Below, in pieces: positions 28,375-42,516 of a DNA stretch of 64,000 nucleotides (its first letter is position 1; each line of letters starts with the position of its first letter). The notes beneath the pieces were generated by a model. It saw only the letters and a program-made list of their open reading frames with translations. It did no database searches and was not told where the DNA came from. This stretch comes from Eledone cirrhosa. Lineage: Eukaryota. The translations under genes and the position numbers were made by a program. The stretch is from NCBI GenBank assembly GCA_964016885.1, contig OZ024742.1:303738001-303802000 (forward strand), written 5' to 3'.

Positions 28375-28570
28375 GAACAAGTATGACCCCGACGGCAGAG
28401 CTCAAGCCGTTTCGACGGCTATTTCTGGACGACTCAGAAATAGCCGTCGAAACGGCTTGAGCTCTGCCGTCGGGGTCATACTTGTTCTTATTACCCACTC
28501 AACTACCCTAAGTATTGAGTAATTTGGTGCGTTATGGTCCATCTGGTTCCTTACCACAATTCCTTCGTTA
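28373..28570 (+). mobile_element. Hairpin-head element with a perfect 53-bp inverted repeat plus tail
   Basis: 28375-28427 is the exact reverse complement of 28435-28487; 7-nt loop. Confidence 0.9.
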
Positions 28571-28594
28571 TATATATATATACATATATATATA

Positions 28595-29024
28595 AATGTA
28601 TATATTGTGTATTTAGTAATACACTGTATGCTTAATTAAAAGCATTTTGAAGACCTTACGTTATTGTTTTAAAGTAGTGACTATGTCACTTACTTCTTTT
28701 TTCAACAAACAAAGGGTGATAAAGCTCACTGATCCCGGTTTCATACTGTTGGTATTCCTCAGAGCTTAGCACTCCCTTTGTTTGTTGAAAATTATGAATG
28801 TTGGATTCTTATAGAATTCCAGTAATATTCAGGAACTGATTATACAGAGCGGTTGCCGGTCCAGCACAAATTGAAAATTAAAATTGGTGCTCTGAAATAG
28901 CAATATATATATGAATGTATATATAGTGTATTTGGTAATATACTGTATGCTTAATTAAAATCATTTTGAAGACCGCACGCTATTGTTTTAAAGTAGAGAC
29001 TGTATCAATTACTTCTTTTTTTTT

Positions 29025-29025
<1 letters not shown>
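28595..29025 (-). mobile_element. Non-coding unit with ~110-bp direct repeats enclosing a hammerhead motif
   Basis: 28595-28703 resembles 28914-29025; (TA)n flanks. Confidence 0.65.
28699..28791 (-). ncRNA. Type I hammerhead motif with long stem I and GUG site
   Basis: TTTTCAACAAACAAAGGGAGTGCTAAGCT CTGAGGA ATAC CAACA GTAT GAAAC CGGGATCA GT G AGCTTTATCACCCTTTGTTTGTTGAAAA. Confidence 0.7.
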
Positions 29026-29084
<59 letters not shown>

Positions 29085-29085
29085 G

Positions 29086-29156
<71 letters not shown>

Positions 29157-29247
29157 TTATATATAGCAATAATAATTGTTTCTACTTTTGGCACAAGGCC
29201 AGCAATTAACCAGAAAGCACCGATTCTTTGGTTAAAATTTAATGTTA

Positions 29248-29285
<38 letters not shown>

Positions 29286-29300
29286 CATAAGTCACTATCC

Positions 29301-29372
<72 letters not shown>

Positions 29373-29378
29373 ATCTAT

Positions 29379-29437
<59 letters not shown>

Positions 29438-29878
29438 TGCCCCAGCATGGCCTCAGCCGGATGGCTGAAACAGGTAAAAGAGTAAAAGAGTATATATATA
29501 TATAACTCACTTTCTATCTATCTATTCCTTTCTTTCAAAACCAGATACTTCTTTTCCTTGATTTCTTTTCATTTATCCCAAATCGTTTTCTTTGGTCTTT
29601 CTTTCCTTTCCCTGCCTTTCTCCTCTGTCTTTGCATCTTTCTTTCATTTTTCTTTCCGTTTTTCTTTTCTATCTCTTTACATTCAATCAGTAAATTTTCA
29701 TTTTATCTCTCCTTGTTTGATTCTGCCGGAAGTGGTCACGCAGTGCCGGGACATTTTCTCTTCAATATTATTACCGGAGAGAACAGAGGCAGAAGTTGTG
29801 AGGAATGGAAACGCAAAGGGGTAAAGCGATAGAGTAGAGATAAATAGATAGATAGATAGACAGATAGATAGATAGAGA

Positions 29879-30004
<126 letters not shown>

Positions 30005-30008
30005 AGGG

Positions 30009-30059
<51 letters not shown>

Positions 30060-30252
30060 GGGAGTTTGTGTGTGTCTGTATGGGTGCGTGGAGAGGGGGA
30101 GAGAGAGCCTCGCAGAAAGGAGGATAAAAACGTGATAGAAAAAAGAGAGTTATAATTGTGGAGAGGATGATAGCCATAAATAGAGGAGAGGGTGAGGGTT
30201 TTATATCATCACAACTTCTTTTATCTCTTTCTCTCCCTATCCAGACATCCAT

Positions 30253-30365
<113 letters not shown>

Positions 30366-30388
30366 GCATATGTATGCACAGGTACACG

Positions 30389-30419
<31 letters not shown>

Positions 30420-30438
30420 GTGTGTGTGTGTGTGCGTG

Positions 30439-30477
<39 letters not shown>

Positions 30478-30734
30478 GTTATGGAGAAAGATGTATGAAT
30501 AATGTCGGTAGCATAATATATAACTAAATGCTGAGAGAGAGAGAGAGAGAGGTAGAGAGAGGGGGTAAGAGAAAGAGTAAGGGAAATGTATATGTGATGA
30601 GAGAGAATTATTCCCTAATATATTAAGAGGGTTAAAAAAATAGTTTTAGTGTTCAAACACGCTGTACAAACCAGCGCCGCTAGGGTCTTCTTTGTCAGGA
30701 AACACTATCATTTCTGTAACATCTTTCTCCAACG

Positions 30735-31990
30735 TTAGCACCACTACCATCCCTACCACTAGTACCACCACCAACACCGACACCATCAGGATCACTAACG
30801 TCCCCACCAACGTCAGCAAAACTACAACCAACACTACCTCCAACACAGCCACCAACACCAACACCATCAGGATCACTAACATCCCCACCAACATGAGCAA
30901 CACTACGATCACCACCACTACCACTTCTGCTAGCACTAAACAAACCATCAACCACGCCACCACCAACATCAGCAAAACTACTACCACCACTACCACTTCT
31001 GCTAGCACTAAACAAACCATCAACCACGCCACCACCAACATCAGCAAAACTACTACCACCACTACCACTTCTGCTAGCACTAAACTAACCATCAACCACG
31101 CCACCACCAACATCAGCAAAACTACTACCACCACTACCACTTCAGCCGACACTAGAAGAACCACCAACCACACCACCACCAACATCAGCAAAACTACTAC
31201 CACCACTACCACTTCAGCCGACACTAGAAGAACCACCAACCACACCACCACCACCAACACAACCACCAACACAGCCACCACCACCACCAACACAGCCACC
31301 ACCACCACCACCACCATCACTACCACCAACAACACCATCAGGTTCACTAACATCTCTGCCAACATCAGCAAAACTACTACCACCACTACCACTTCGGCCG
31401 ACACTAGAAGAACCACCACCACCACCACCACCAACACTACCACCAACATAACCACTACCACCACCACCACCACCAGCACTACCACCAACACAGCCACCAC
31501 CACCACCACCACCACCACCAACACTACCACCAACACAGCCACTACCACCACCACCACCAGCACTACCACCAACAACACCATCAGGATCACTAACATCCCC
31601 GCCAACATCAGCAAAACTACTACCACCACTACCACTTCAGCCGACACTAGAAGAACCACTAACTACACCACCACCACCAACACTACCACCAATACAGCCA
31701 CCACCACCACCACCACCACCACCAACAACACTACCACCAATACAGCCACCACCGAAATCACCATCATCATCATCACAAACTTCACCACCATAACAAGCAA
31801 ATCCACCATCATCATCACCATCGCTATTAACGCTATCAGCACTACAACTACAAACACCACCGCCATCCCAATCACCCAAATCCCCAACACTGCCACCATA
31901 ATTACCAACAATGTAATCACCGCCAACATCATAATCAACATTCCTATCACACACCAGCCCACCCCACCTCATCCTCACCAACATCCCCAC
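30735..31990. repeat. (ACC)-derived low-complexity array with ~66-bp subrepeats
   Basis: Repeated ACCAACATCAGCAAAACTACTACCACC blocks. Confidence 0.88.
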
Positions 31991-32109
31991 CCCCAATTCT
32001 AAGGCAGCAACCTCAGAAATCGTTGTCATTACTATCACCTTCACTCCGCACCACTACACCCATTGTCATTCTTATCATCATCAATACTGCGAACACCCTT
32101 ACCCCCCAC

Positions 32110-33772
32110 CTTCACCACCACCACCAACACCTCCATCAATACCACCAACAACACTACCACTAACACCACCATCATTACCACCACCACTAACACCACCACC
32201 AATACCACCACCAATACCACCACTAACACCACCAACAGCACCACCATCAATACCACTACTAACACCACCATCAATACCACCACCAACACCACCGCCACTA
32301 ACACCTCCACCAATACCACCACCAATACCACCACTAACACCACAAACAGCACCACAACTAACACCACCACCAACACCACCACTAACAACTCCACCAATAC
32401 CACCAACAATACCACCACTAACACCACCAACAACACTACCACTAACACTACCATCAATACCACCACTAACACCTCCACCAATACCACCAACAACACCACC
32501 ACTAACACCACCATCAACACCACCACTAACACCTCCACCAATACCACCAACAACACCACCACTAACACCTCCATCAATACCACCACTAACACCTCCACCA
32601 ATACCACCAACAACACTACCACTAACACCTCCATCAATACCACCACTAACACCTCCACCAATAGCACCAACAACACCACCACTAACACCACCATCAACAC
32701 CACCACTAACACCTCCACCAATACCACCAACAACACCACCACTAACACCTCCATCAATACCACCACTAACACCTCCACCAATACCACCAACAACACCACC
32801 ACTAACACCACCATCAATACCACCACTAACACCTCCACCAATACCACCAACAACACCACCACTAACACCACCATCAATACCACCACTAACACCACCATCA
32901 ACACCACCACTAACACCACCACTAACACCACCATCAATACCACCACTAACACCACCATCAATACCACCACTAACACCTCCACCAATACCACCAACAACAC
33001 CACCACTAACACCTCCATCAATACCACCACTAACACCTCCACCAATACCACCAACAACACTACCACTAACACCTCCATCAATACCACCACTAACACCTCC
33101 ACCAATAGCACCAACAACACCACCACTAACACCACCATCAACACCACCACTAACACCTCCACCAATACCACCAACAACACCACCACTAACACCTCCATCA
33201 ATACCACCACTAACACCTCCACCAATACCACCAACAACACCACCACTAACACCACCATCAATACCACCACTAACACCTCCACCAATACCACCAACAACAC
33301 CACCACTAACACCACCATCAATACCACCACTAACACCACCATCAACACCACCACTAACACCACCACTAACACCACCATCAATACCACCACTAACACCACC
33401 ATCAATACCACCACTAACACCTCCACCAATACCACCAACAACACCACCACTAACACCACCATCAATACCACCACTAACACCACCATCAATACCACATCTA
33501 ACACCACCACTAACACCACCATCAATAGCACCACTAACACCTCCACCAATACCACCACTAACACCTCCACCAATACCACCATCAATACCACCACTAACAC
33601 CACCATCAATACCACCACTAACACCTCCACCAATACCACCAACAACACCACCACTAACACCACCATCAATACCACCACTAACACCTCCACCAATACCACC
33701 AACAACACCACCACTAACACCACCATCAATACCACCACTAACACCACCATCAATACCACATCTAACACCACC
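32110..33772. repeat. ACC/AAC-derived minisatellite with 12/24/60-bp periodicity
   Basis: 60-bp period visible over 32461-32880; variant ATAGC recurs 444 bp apart. Confidence 0.92.
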
Positions 33773-34196
33773 TTATTTATTGCAATTGCTAGAATAACCA
33801 TAAGAATTATTACCGCCCAAGCATCACCATCATTACTATCAACCTAAATATCAACAACACTGACCTTCCTGGCTGTCATGCAACCTGTGAGAAATAATAG
33901 CGACATCTCCCTCAAATCTCATATGACCGCGTTGAAAAGAGATAAATTATACGACGATTTCGATATAGAAAATAAATTAAACATCCTCATCTTTGAAACA
34001 CCTAGCCCGTGGAACTACATAAACATTTTCTTGAATTGTGTATCACTTGATGACTGTATTAAAATGGACCTCGGTCGGTTTCGACGATGTGTGTTCCAGT
34101 TGTTCAATCATGAAATTAATGTGTTAAGCGGTTGAGCATTCCACAAACTCGTTAACCCCTAATGTAATTCTCAGTAATTCACTGTGTCGCAGTGTA

Positions 34197-34359
34197 TTAT
34201 AATTGTTTCTACTTTTCGTACAAGGCCAGCAATTACCCTAGTGCATTACTGGTACGTCATTTTATCGGCCCTACGAGGATGAAACGCAAAGTTAACCTCG
34301 GCGTGATTTGAACTCAGAACGTAAAGGGCCATAACTTTTTACGTTCTGAGTTCAAATCA
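34197..34359 (-). mobile_element. SINE family A copy with inverted (foldback) 5' end
   Basis: Antisense family core; 22-bp inverted repeat 34304-34325/34338-34359. Confidence 0.75.
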
Positions 34360-34694
34360 GTGTATTATAATGGACTGCAGTCGGTTTCGACGATGTGTGT
34401 TCCAGTTGTTCAATCATGAATTTAAAGGGTTAAGTGGTTGAGCATTCTACAAACACGTTAACTCAGTGTATGACAAGGCTGATTCTTTGAATGACAAGTA
34501 TAGTCCATTCTACAGGCCTCCAAACAATATCCGTCTATTCAATTTCATGCACAATGCATGGATCGACTTGAAACTAGGTAAATGATATTTGTTCAGGATT
34601 TCACGGAGTAAGATTGAACCCGGGAAATAATGATTGGGAAGAGAACTCGATAACCGTTGGCCTATGTTGCGTCGACATTATTACCTACATGATC

Positions 34695-34882
34695 GGTGGA
34701 TTGGCAGTAACGGTAGAGAATCGGACGCCATGCCTTCCAGCATAGTTACGTCCCTTTATGGTCTGAGTTCAAATCCCGCCGAGGTTAACTTTGCCTTTCA
34801 TCCTTACGGGGTCGATGAAATAAAGTACTAGTAATGTACTGGGCAATTGATGGCCTTGTGCCAAAAGGAGAAACGATTATTA
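34695..34882 (+). mobile_element. SINE family A, full length
   Basis: A box TGGCAGTAACGG, B box GAGTTCAAATCCC, core CTTTGCCTTTCATCCTTACGGGGTCGAT, ATT tail. Confidence 0.85.
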
Positions 34883-35419
34883 CCTACATGATCATCGCTA
34901 TCACTACAATTATATCAAAACCACCACTGCCATCACCTTCACCGAACACCAACAATACAAGATCCATCACAAGTACCACATACACCTCTACTACATCATC
35001 ATGTAGACCTTCAAGAAGTAGTAACCAATTCACCATCAAATCATAACTAATACGTCTTACAGTGCCTTATTATATAATATACTCCTTCGTTCTGTGTATA
35101 AAGGAAGAGTTTGGGATGGTCATGTTTAAAAATTATTTGATTATAGGCATGTTCAGTCATGACTGTCCTGGGGTTACAAAAATATAAACAACACCAACAA
35201 TAGTACTGTTGCTACCATTTCAACTAATAACACAACGGAACCCCCCCGAAAAAAAACATTCTCCACGATAACTACTAACACAACATAAACCACCACGCAC
35301 ATTCCTACTACCATCAGCACCACCAAAAGCAACTCCTACCATAATCATTGTTAAAACTAATACAACTACGACTAGTCTTCCTAAGATAAGTATTCCAGTT
35401 AATTCAATCAACGGAAGAG

Positions 35420-35672
35420 CTTAGTGAAATTAAAGCGCAAATGGATGAGCCTACCTCGGACACGTATATTGTTAACGTAGTTCTCAGGGAGATGCAGCGT
35501 GGCATTGTGTGTGAGAAGCCTGCACCTTTGGATTACAGTTACAACCCATTTTGTTAGTTGTGTGGACTGGAGCAAAGTGAAATGAAGTGTATTGCTTAAG
35601 GACACAGCGTGCCGCCAGAAATCGTGTGCACGGCCTTACGATCGTGAGCCGGACACATTAACCATTAAGCTA
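35420..35672 (-). mobile_element. CORE-like SINE (family B)
   Basis: Minus strand TAGCTTAATGGTTAA...TGTGTCCTTAAGCAATACACTTCATTTCAC. Confidence 0.6.
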
Positions 35673-36108
35673 GGAATCTTCAGTGAAATTATCTAATCAT
35701 TTAATGTACAGCAAAGTCATTATCACAGTCACCAACCTGTCATCAATATTACTGTCATAACCAAGGGATTTGTACCAGACTAACTACACGTCTTGTTACT
35801 GATAACCAGATGAAAGAGGTGAGAGTCTGGGGAGATTGGAATATCTATATATGCACAAATCTACATACAGTTCACAGTGAAGTTTGATTATAGAGTGTAA
35901 ACTGGACAGTAGAAATGGACTGTTGATAAGGAGGGAGAGATATCTATCTTGGAGCATATTATTATATAGGCTTTACTTGATAATTGATGACGTATAGAAT
36001 GTAGTTCTTATCGGGGAAAGAGAGGGGTGCATGGAGAGAGTATGCGGGAGAGAATCAGGGGCATGCAGATATTGACAGACGTTATTGATTTCAGGAAGCA
36101 AGAAATCC

Positions 36109-36144
<36 letters not shown>

Positions 36145-36355
36145 CTTTATTTACCATAAAGGCATAAAAAGAAGGGACAAATACAAAGGGGGAGTTTACA
36201 TACAATCGTGTAAAAAGGGTATAAAATGAAAATAATCGAAAATAATCTCAAAAGGGAGGGGACGTGATGGGGTTGCACACACCCCCGAAAAAGTGTGCAA
36301 TCCTTTGCCCGGGGAGCACATGGAGAAGGTGCTCCCCTCTCCTTTACTTCTTTAC

Positions 36356-39300
36356 CTACAGGATGGTATACAGAGAAGGCCCATTTACACGAGCCATTCT
36401 CGCCACTATCACCCATCTTTCATAAAACTGCCTGTGGCCAAGCACCTCTCTCTCCATTCTTATCCTTCTTCCGAAGTGATATCGGAAGAAGTAGACCAGA
36501 CTATGGCCAGAGAGGAAGTTGCCTGACCTCAGACCTTTCAATCGTGTCCACCAAACAACCTCTTTCAACATGGCTATTACGCACAGAAAAACCGCCTTTG
36601 CTTCCTTTGTGAAGAGGGGAGGCGGTTTGATTGTCATCACGGACTCGGCGGTCAATTGAATCGTAGCCACCCGCGACAGCAGTCGTTCGGCGTAGCCCCA
36701 CAGATCAGTCACGCTCGGACATTGCACCAATGCGTGCGCAACGGTTTCTTCGTGACGCACGCATCTAGGGCAAATCTTTTTTGAGGGATCCCTGCCCGGT
36801 CGCCCGTGTCTGTAGAGCCTCTCTCGAACGGGTAGAGCCCCCCGGTAGCACTGCCAGGCTAGTGACTTCTGGAAGTTGTCCATTGGTCCCGGGCCGAAAG
36901 TCCTACCGAACAGGCTGGCCAGTTCGTCCTCTTCCATGTCCAGCGATCTCTCCAAGGGTGTCATCGCCCCTGCTAGCCACCAGCCCTCTATAGAATGATG
37001 AGGTGGATTCTCCACCGACGGCCTGGCCCGCTTGCCAGAGAGCCCTGAGCGCCTGAGCACACTCAGTGTGCCAGTCTCCCAGTTTTCCGGATCTTTGCTT
37101 GACCCAGGACTGCAGCTCGGTGAGCGAGACGAGTCTCGGAAAGGCTCGTTTCACGAACGGAGCCCACACCGGTTGACCAGTGAGGAATACCTGTAGGTGC
37201 CGTAGCCTTAATGCGTGCCTACGCATCATCAACCACGGCATCCCCAGCCCTCCTTTCGAAGGTTGTTGGCAGCAGATGGATCTTCTCACCATAGGAGGGC
37301 GCTTCTTCCAAAGAAATTGTAAGAGCATGCGTTCCATGGTGGTGAGTGTTTCCTTAGGGCAAGGCACGACAGTCAGGCGGTAGTAAGTGACGGACGCTAT
37401 GTAAATGTTCGCCACCTCCGCGCGCCCTTTTAGGGACAGCTTACACTTGGCCCATTTCTGGGTTAGTGCAAACACCTTGTTCGTAACCTCGTTCCAGTTC
37501 TTTTCCACCTGGAGGTCCGGTCCAAACCAGACCCCAAGCAACTTTACCGGGCTCTCCGTCCAGTGTCCGACGACACCGTCGGGAGGCATCGGTCTGCCTC
37601 TCCACGTTCCTAGTTGCAGCCCGATGGATTTTTCCCGGTTCAGTTTCGCTCCTGACAACCTTTCGTAATCCTCCAGTAAGGTACCGATCGCCTCGATCTC
37701 GGTCGATACCATTACTGTTACGTCATCGGCGTAGGCCGACACCGCTTTGCTCAATCCTGGTTCCAGGGGGATACCCTGCAACAACTCCAACTTCCTCAGT
37801 AAAGGCTCGAGAGTCAATACGTACAGAAGGGAGGAGAGAGGGCAGCCCTGTCGAATGGATCGTGTGATTTCGAACGGCTTCGAAAGGTAGCCGTTCACCT
37901 TGATCCTAGAACAGATGTGGTTGCTATGTAAGGCAGTGATCCAGCCTCTGAAAACAGGACCGAACCCAGCCGCCGCTAGCACCGCATCCAGGTAACCATG
38001 GTCGACCCTATCGAAGGCCTTAGACTGATCCAAGTTGATCAGGGCCCCACCGAAGCCGGGTTTGTTGCCAACCCTCTCTATGATGTATCGCATGAGGTGG
38101 AGGTTATCGTGAATGGACCTGGATGGGATAGCATATGTCTGCGCATCTCCCACCAGGCCACCCACGACAAGCGCCAACCTCTTTGCTAACACCTTGGCCA
38201 AAATCTTTAACTCTGTGTTTAGCAGGGTTATGGGCCGAAAATTATTTTTACTACCTCCCTTGTTCTCGTCCTTCCTCACCAGCGTGACTACGCCCTTGCC
38301 TACAGAACAAGGAATTCTCCTGTTCTGCTGCCAATTGCAGTAGACCGCTTCGAGGAGTTCAGAGAAGAAGACCGGCATTGCTAAATAAAGTTCGTAAGGT
38401 ATACCATCGAGACCTGGAGATTTGCGTCTGCTGCATCGGCTCAGCGCATCTCCGATCTCATCAGCCGAGATTGGTCCCTCGCAGGACTCTGCCTCTTCGC
38501 TCGAGAGACGCGGCAGGCCATCGAGGTATGGACCGAAATCCACGCCCCAGCCCGAACCCTCGCCTCCCTCGAACAATCGGGCAAAGTGCCTTTGAAAGGA
38601 CTCGCACATCTGCTTAGGCTCCCGGATCACCCGTCCATCTTCGTCTTGCAACGACCGGATGGTGGATCGATTTCCACTCTTAGCTTCTGTCACGCGGGCC
38701 CAGCCAACGGCTTTGGCCCCCTCATTATCTAGAGCACGTATTTTACTTCGAATGACGCAGCCTTCGTGCTTTGCATCGAAAAACTGGTTCAAGGCCGTCC
38801 TCGATGCCAGCACTCTGGCCACATCTTCGCTCTTGATTGCCTCTTCTAATTTACCTGTTAATTCTTTCTCGTTTCTATTCCTATCGGCAGCTAACATCTT
38901 GCTATAACTTATTGATTCTGTTCTAATCTCTTTTGAGAGATGCCCACCATCGGTTGTTGACGATTGCACCCGTCAACCTCTCCTTAACTAATCTGCTAAT
39001 CCGGTTTCTGTTAGTCTCTTTTGCCAGTAAAGACAAATTAAGTTTCCAGTAACCGGGACCCTGTTTATGTGTTTTCTCGAGATTGACTACGCAGGTCACT
39101 AATTTGTGATCCGTGTAGCCAACCGTGCGCATTTCTGGACAGCTTAATATGTCCCTATCCTTAATTCTAACTAAGAATCTATCTAAGTACGATCTAGATT
39201 GACCACTGTGGTTTCTCCAAGTCCAGGTAGGCACAGTTGGAAAATCTAGTCGATATCTATCGACCAAGTTAAAACGGTCGAGTAACCCCTTGAAGCTGTT

Positions 39301-39763
39301 ACACCCCCCTCTATTAGGACATGCTCCTGCATAGTCCCAACGTGCATCCAGGATGTCATTCCAATCCCCCGCTAGAAGCAGGGAACGCGACGTTCCCAGA
39401 AAAGTCTCCAAACGCTGGAAGAATTCGGGCCGTTCAGCTCCCTAAAGGGGAGTAGACGGCGACCAGTCTCAAGGCCGCACCTTCACTACTGCCAACGTCT
39501 AGCACCAACAAACGACCCTCCGGGTCCGAGTGCACAACCTGTACGGCAAGACCCAGGTGTTTTTGCAGCAGTACGACAACCCCACCCCCACCTCCAGGTT
39601 GACAGAGAGATGCATGCACCTCAAAGTCATCGAAAGTGATTCGAGTCTCACAGATAACCATTACATTTATACCACATGACCTGAGGTCATTTAGAAGCTT
39701 TGCTTGCTTCCAAGTTGAGCCCAGGCCACGTGCATTCAAACATCCTACTCTTAACACATCCAT
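36356..39763 (-). pseudogene. Tx1/L1 ORF2: APE endonuclease, reverse transcriptase and C-terminal cysteine motif, split by three frameshifts
   Basis: LNARGL, AGDWN, SYLDR, YTDH; FRPITLLN, LDQSKAFDRVDH, IRQGCPLS, AYADD; CPRC..HEETVAHALVQC. Confidence 0.93.
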
Positions 39764-39789
39764 GTGGGTGGCAGAGCCAAAGGAGAGTG

Positions 39790-41529
39790 TAGAGACCTAC
39801 CTTTCCGCTTCCCGGGGTTCGGGTCGCACGACTTCCATGGGGTCGGGGGTGTTGGGTGAAGTGGTGTCTTGTGGTGGTGTGGGGTCGTCAGTGTGTGGTG
39901 GGGTTGGGGTGTTTGGAGTTGTGTTGGGGAGGGGAAGAGGAGGGGAAAAGCTTTTTAGTAGGACGCAGTTTATGGGTTTGACAGAGGGTGGTCCTACGTC
40001 CTCCTTAAAATCCTTTTTTAGTTTTTGGTAGAGGTTCCTTGGGATCTTTATTAATTTTAAATGTGGGTAGTTTTCTGAAGAAACAAAGGTTACACCTTCG
40101 GTTTGTACCGAAGGATTATTGTATATGAGTTCATTTAATTTATTATTGTTTCTGTTGATTTAAGTATAGTGTAATGTCTTTTTTTCGGATGGGGTGAGTG
40201 TTTCGAAGAGGGGAGGGGCAGGTTTGGTTTTGTTTGTTGCTGGAGGGGTGTTTTCTGTTTTGTTGGATTGTGTTGAGATTTGGATGGGGGTTGTTTGGCC
40301 TTGTGTGTTTTGCACATGTTTTCTTTTTTTCCTTTTAATCTGTCTGAAGGACTCCGTTTCTTCCTCTGAATTCGTTGGGTTATCTTCAGTGTTGGAGGGA
40401 AGAGGTATGTTTGCTGGTAATGTTTCCGTGTTGGTTTTCTTTGTGGGGGAGGTGGATGTCACTATGTTAGACTGTGTTGTGTGTTGTGTCTGCGGTGGTT
40501 GTGTTGTTTTATTGAGTGAGGGGTTGGGTGGGCCTGTATTTTGTTTTGGGGTAATGTGTTGTGACTGTTTGTGTTGTGGTGGTGGTGTAGTTTTACTGAG
40601 GGACGGGTTGGGTGGGACTGAGTTTTGTTGTTTGTTTATCTGTTGTGGTGGTGGTGGTGGAGCTGGTGTTGGTAGCAGGGTTTTCTTTTTGTTGAGTTGG
40701 GGACAAGCGGCCTTCAGGTGCCCTCTGCCCGCACAGATATGACAGGACGGCCTTCTCCCCTCCACGCTAATGTTTATATACCAGTGGCCCTCTAATAGGA
40801 TTCTGTCGGGTATTTGGGCGATGCGTTCAGGCTTCATTTGCACTACCAGCTCTATACCTGTTCCACTGAACGCATTGCCTGTGGTTTTCCCAATGGAAAT
40901 CACGTTGTCATTCACTGATTCGATGAAGCCAGCTATGAGCCAGCAGTAGTCCACATCTGGCGCATTGCATCCAGCAATATGCGTTGAGTTCTTTTACCCA
41001 TATAAGATGGATAAAAGGTAAAATTTTTCGAACGAATCGGTGACAAAGCACATTTTTATGCAGCCGATTCGTTCTTCATAATAATTGCTAGGCTTCCATA
41101 CAGTCTGTCTTTTCTTATGAAAGTGGTTTCATTAAGTACTTCTGTGAGTACTGTTTTGATATCTGCCTGAGTTGGCTGTTCAGGTTTTTTTGAACTGTTG
41201 TTGATGGTGCGGAACACGACCGTTCGACTTTCAATGTCTTTGGTGAGTTCTTGATGCATTTTTACCGATAAAATACCATTCTCTCCTTCACTTATGTATT
41301 GTTTGGCGTCTATGATTCTTCGTGCCACATCTGAAATATTTTCAGGTATATATGTCAAAGATTTCTTTGTTGTTTGTGCAAACGAAATCTTGTTGACTTT
41401 GTCGTCTGGTTTGCTTTCTGTTATGGTGTTATTTTCAAATGTTATTTTTGTGTTTGTTGTGTCTTTGTTTGTGGTATTAGTATTGTCATGCAATTTTTCA
41501 AATTTTTTTTTTTCGTTGTTGGAATCCAT
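39790..41529 (-). pseudogene. Tx1/L1 ORF1 with CCHC zinc knuckle, disrupted
   Basis: ISFAQ N-terminal motif, CHICAGRGHLKAAC knuckle, Pro/Thr-rich tail; stop at 41056 plus frameshifts. Confidence 0.8.
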
Positions 41530-42179
41530 GTCCAGATTTGTGTTTTCGTCATTTTTCTCCGCAGATTCGTCTGTTTTTATTTTATTTTTTCCTTCCTTCT
41601 CTATGACGTTAGTTGGGAAGGAAGGAGGGGACTAAAGCGTGCGAGCTTACAACTCTGACCGCTGTCCCCCCACCACTATTTTCGTTCGCTTCGTTTAACA
41701 TTTCTGTCATAAAATTAACGAAGATCGCTTGTATTAATTCAACGGTCCCCGGCCAGTGTCTAGCTCACTGAATGAATATGCTGAATTGCAGTAATGCAGT
41801 TGCAATCAGAGTGTACACATTTAGATATTAGCAGATGCAGAGGCGGTGTTTAGGTAGAGAGTAAGATGAAATTCTCATTCCTTGGTTGATATCGTTTCTG
41901 TGCAACATATCTTCACAAATGCAGATATAGATCCTCAATATTCAGAAAATCATGTTTTATGTGCAGACATTTACGCAACCGGGCTGTTACACTCATCAGC
42001 GAGGATTCCCAAGTCATACTATAGTTCCATAGAATGTGTGTTAGCCATTGCCCCAGGATATGGAATCCAGTAGTCCTAGCTAATTTTATACCCTGCCTCT
42101 AAAGAAACTTATCCCAGACTAAAACACGTCATTTGGCAGCTGAATTCAAACATAGGAATTCGTGCCAAGTAAAGAACCC

Positions 42180-42516
42180 AACATACATACATATAAACAT
42201 AACATTTATGCATATATGTATATATGCAAGCAAAAATGATCTGATTGATGATTGTATATATATATATGTATATATATATAAAAACAAGATGGCGTAGGAC
42301 AGAACAAAGGAGAATGCACAAAAACAAAGAAATGAATCTCCAGTCACTTAAGAGGTCACAGAATGTATGACGAAAGAACTTTGACAATATATGAACAACC
42401 GTCCGGTTGTGGAACCAACGAACCAACCGGAAATTTATAAATTTAATTTATAATAAATTGGAGTGAAAGCAACTGGTGCGTGTGTTTCTTATTGGCAACA
42501 TAACCCTCCCAAAGGT

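Larger units (their letters stand above)
36140..41662 (-). mobile_element. Near full-length L1/Tx1-clade non-LTR retrotransposon (inactivated)
   Basis: ORF1 and ORF2 remnants in order; 3'UTR ends AATAAAGAA then (AT)n. Confidence 0.93.

Noticed and set aside
30646-33801. Val/Leu-rich 'membrane protein' ORFs on the minus strand
   Set aside because: Antisense reading of (ACC)-type repeats
34695-34790. tRNA genes at SINE heads
   Set aside because: A and B boxes are present but there is no cloverleaf and they continue into the SINE core
41965-42003. Minus-strand CTGATGA plus hairpin as a hammerhead
   Set aside because: No GAAA and no stem I or III pairing
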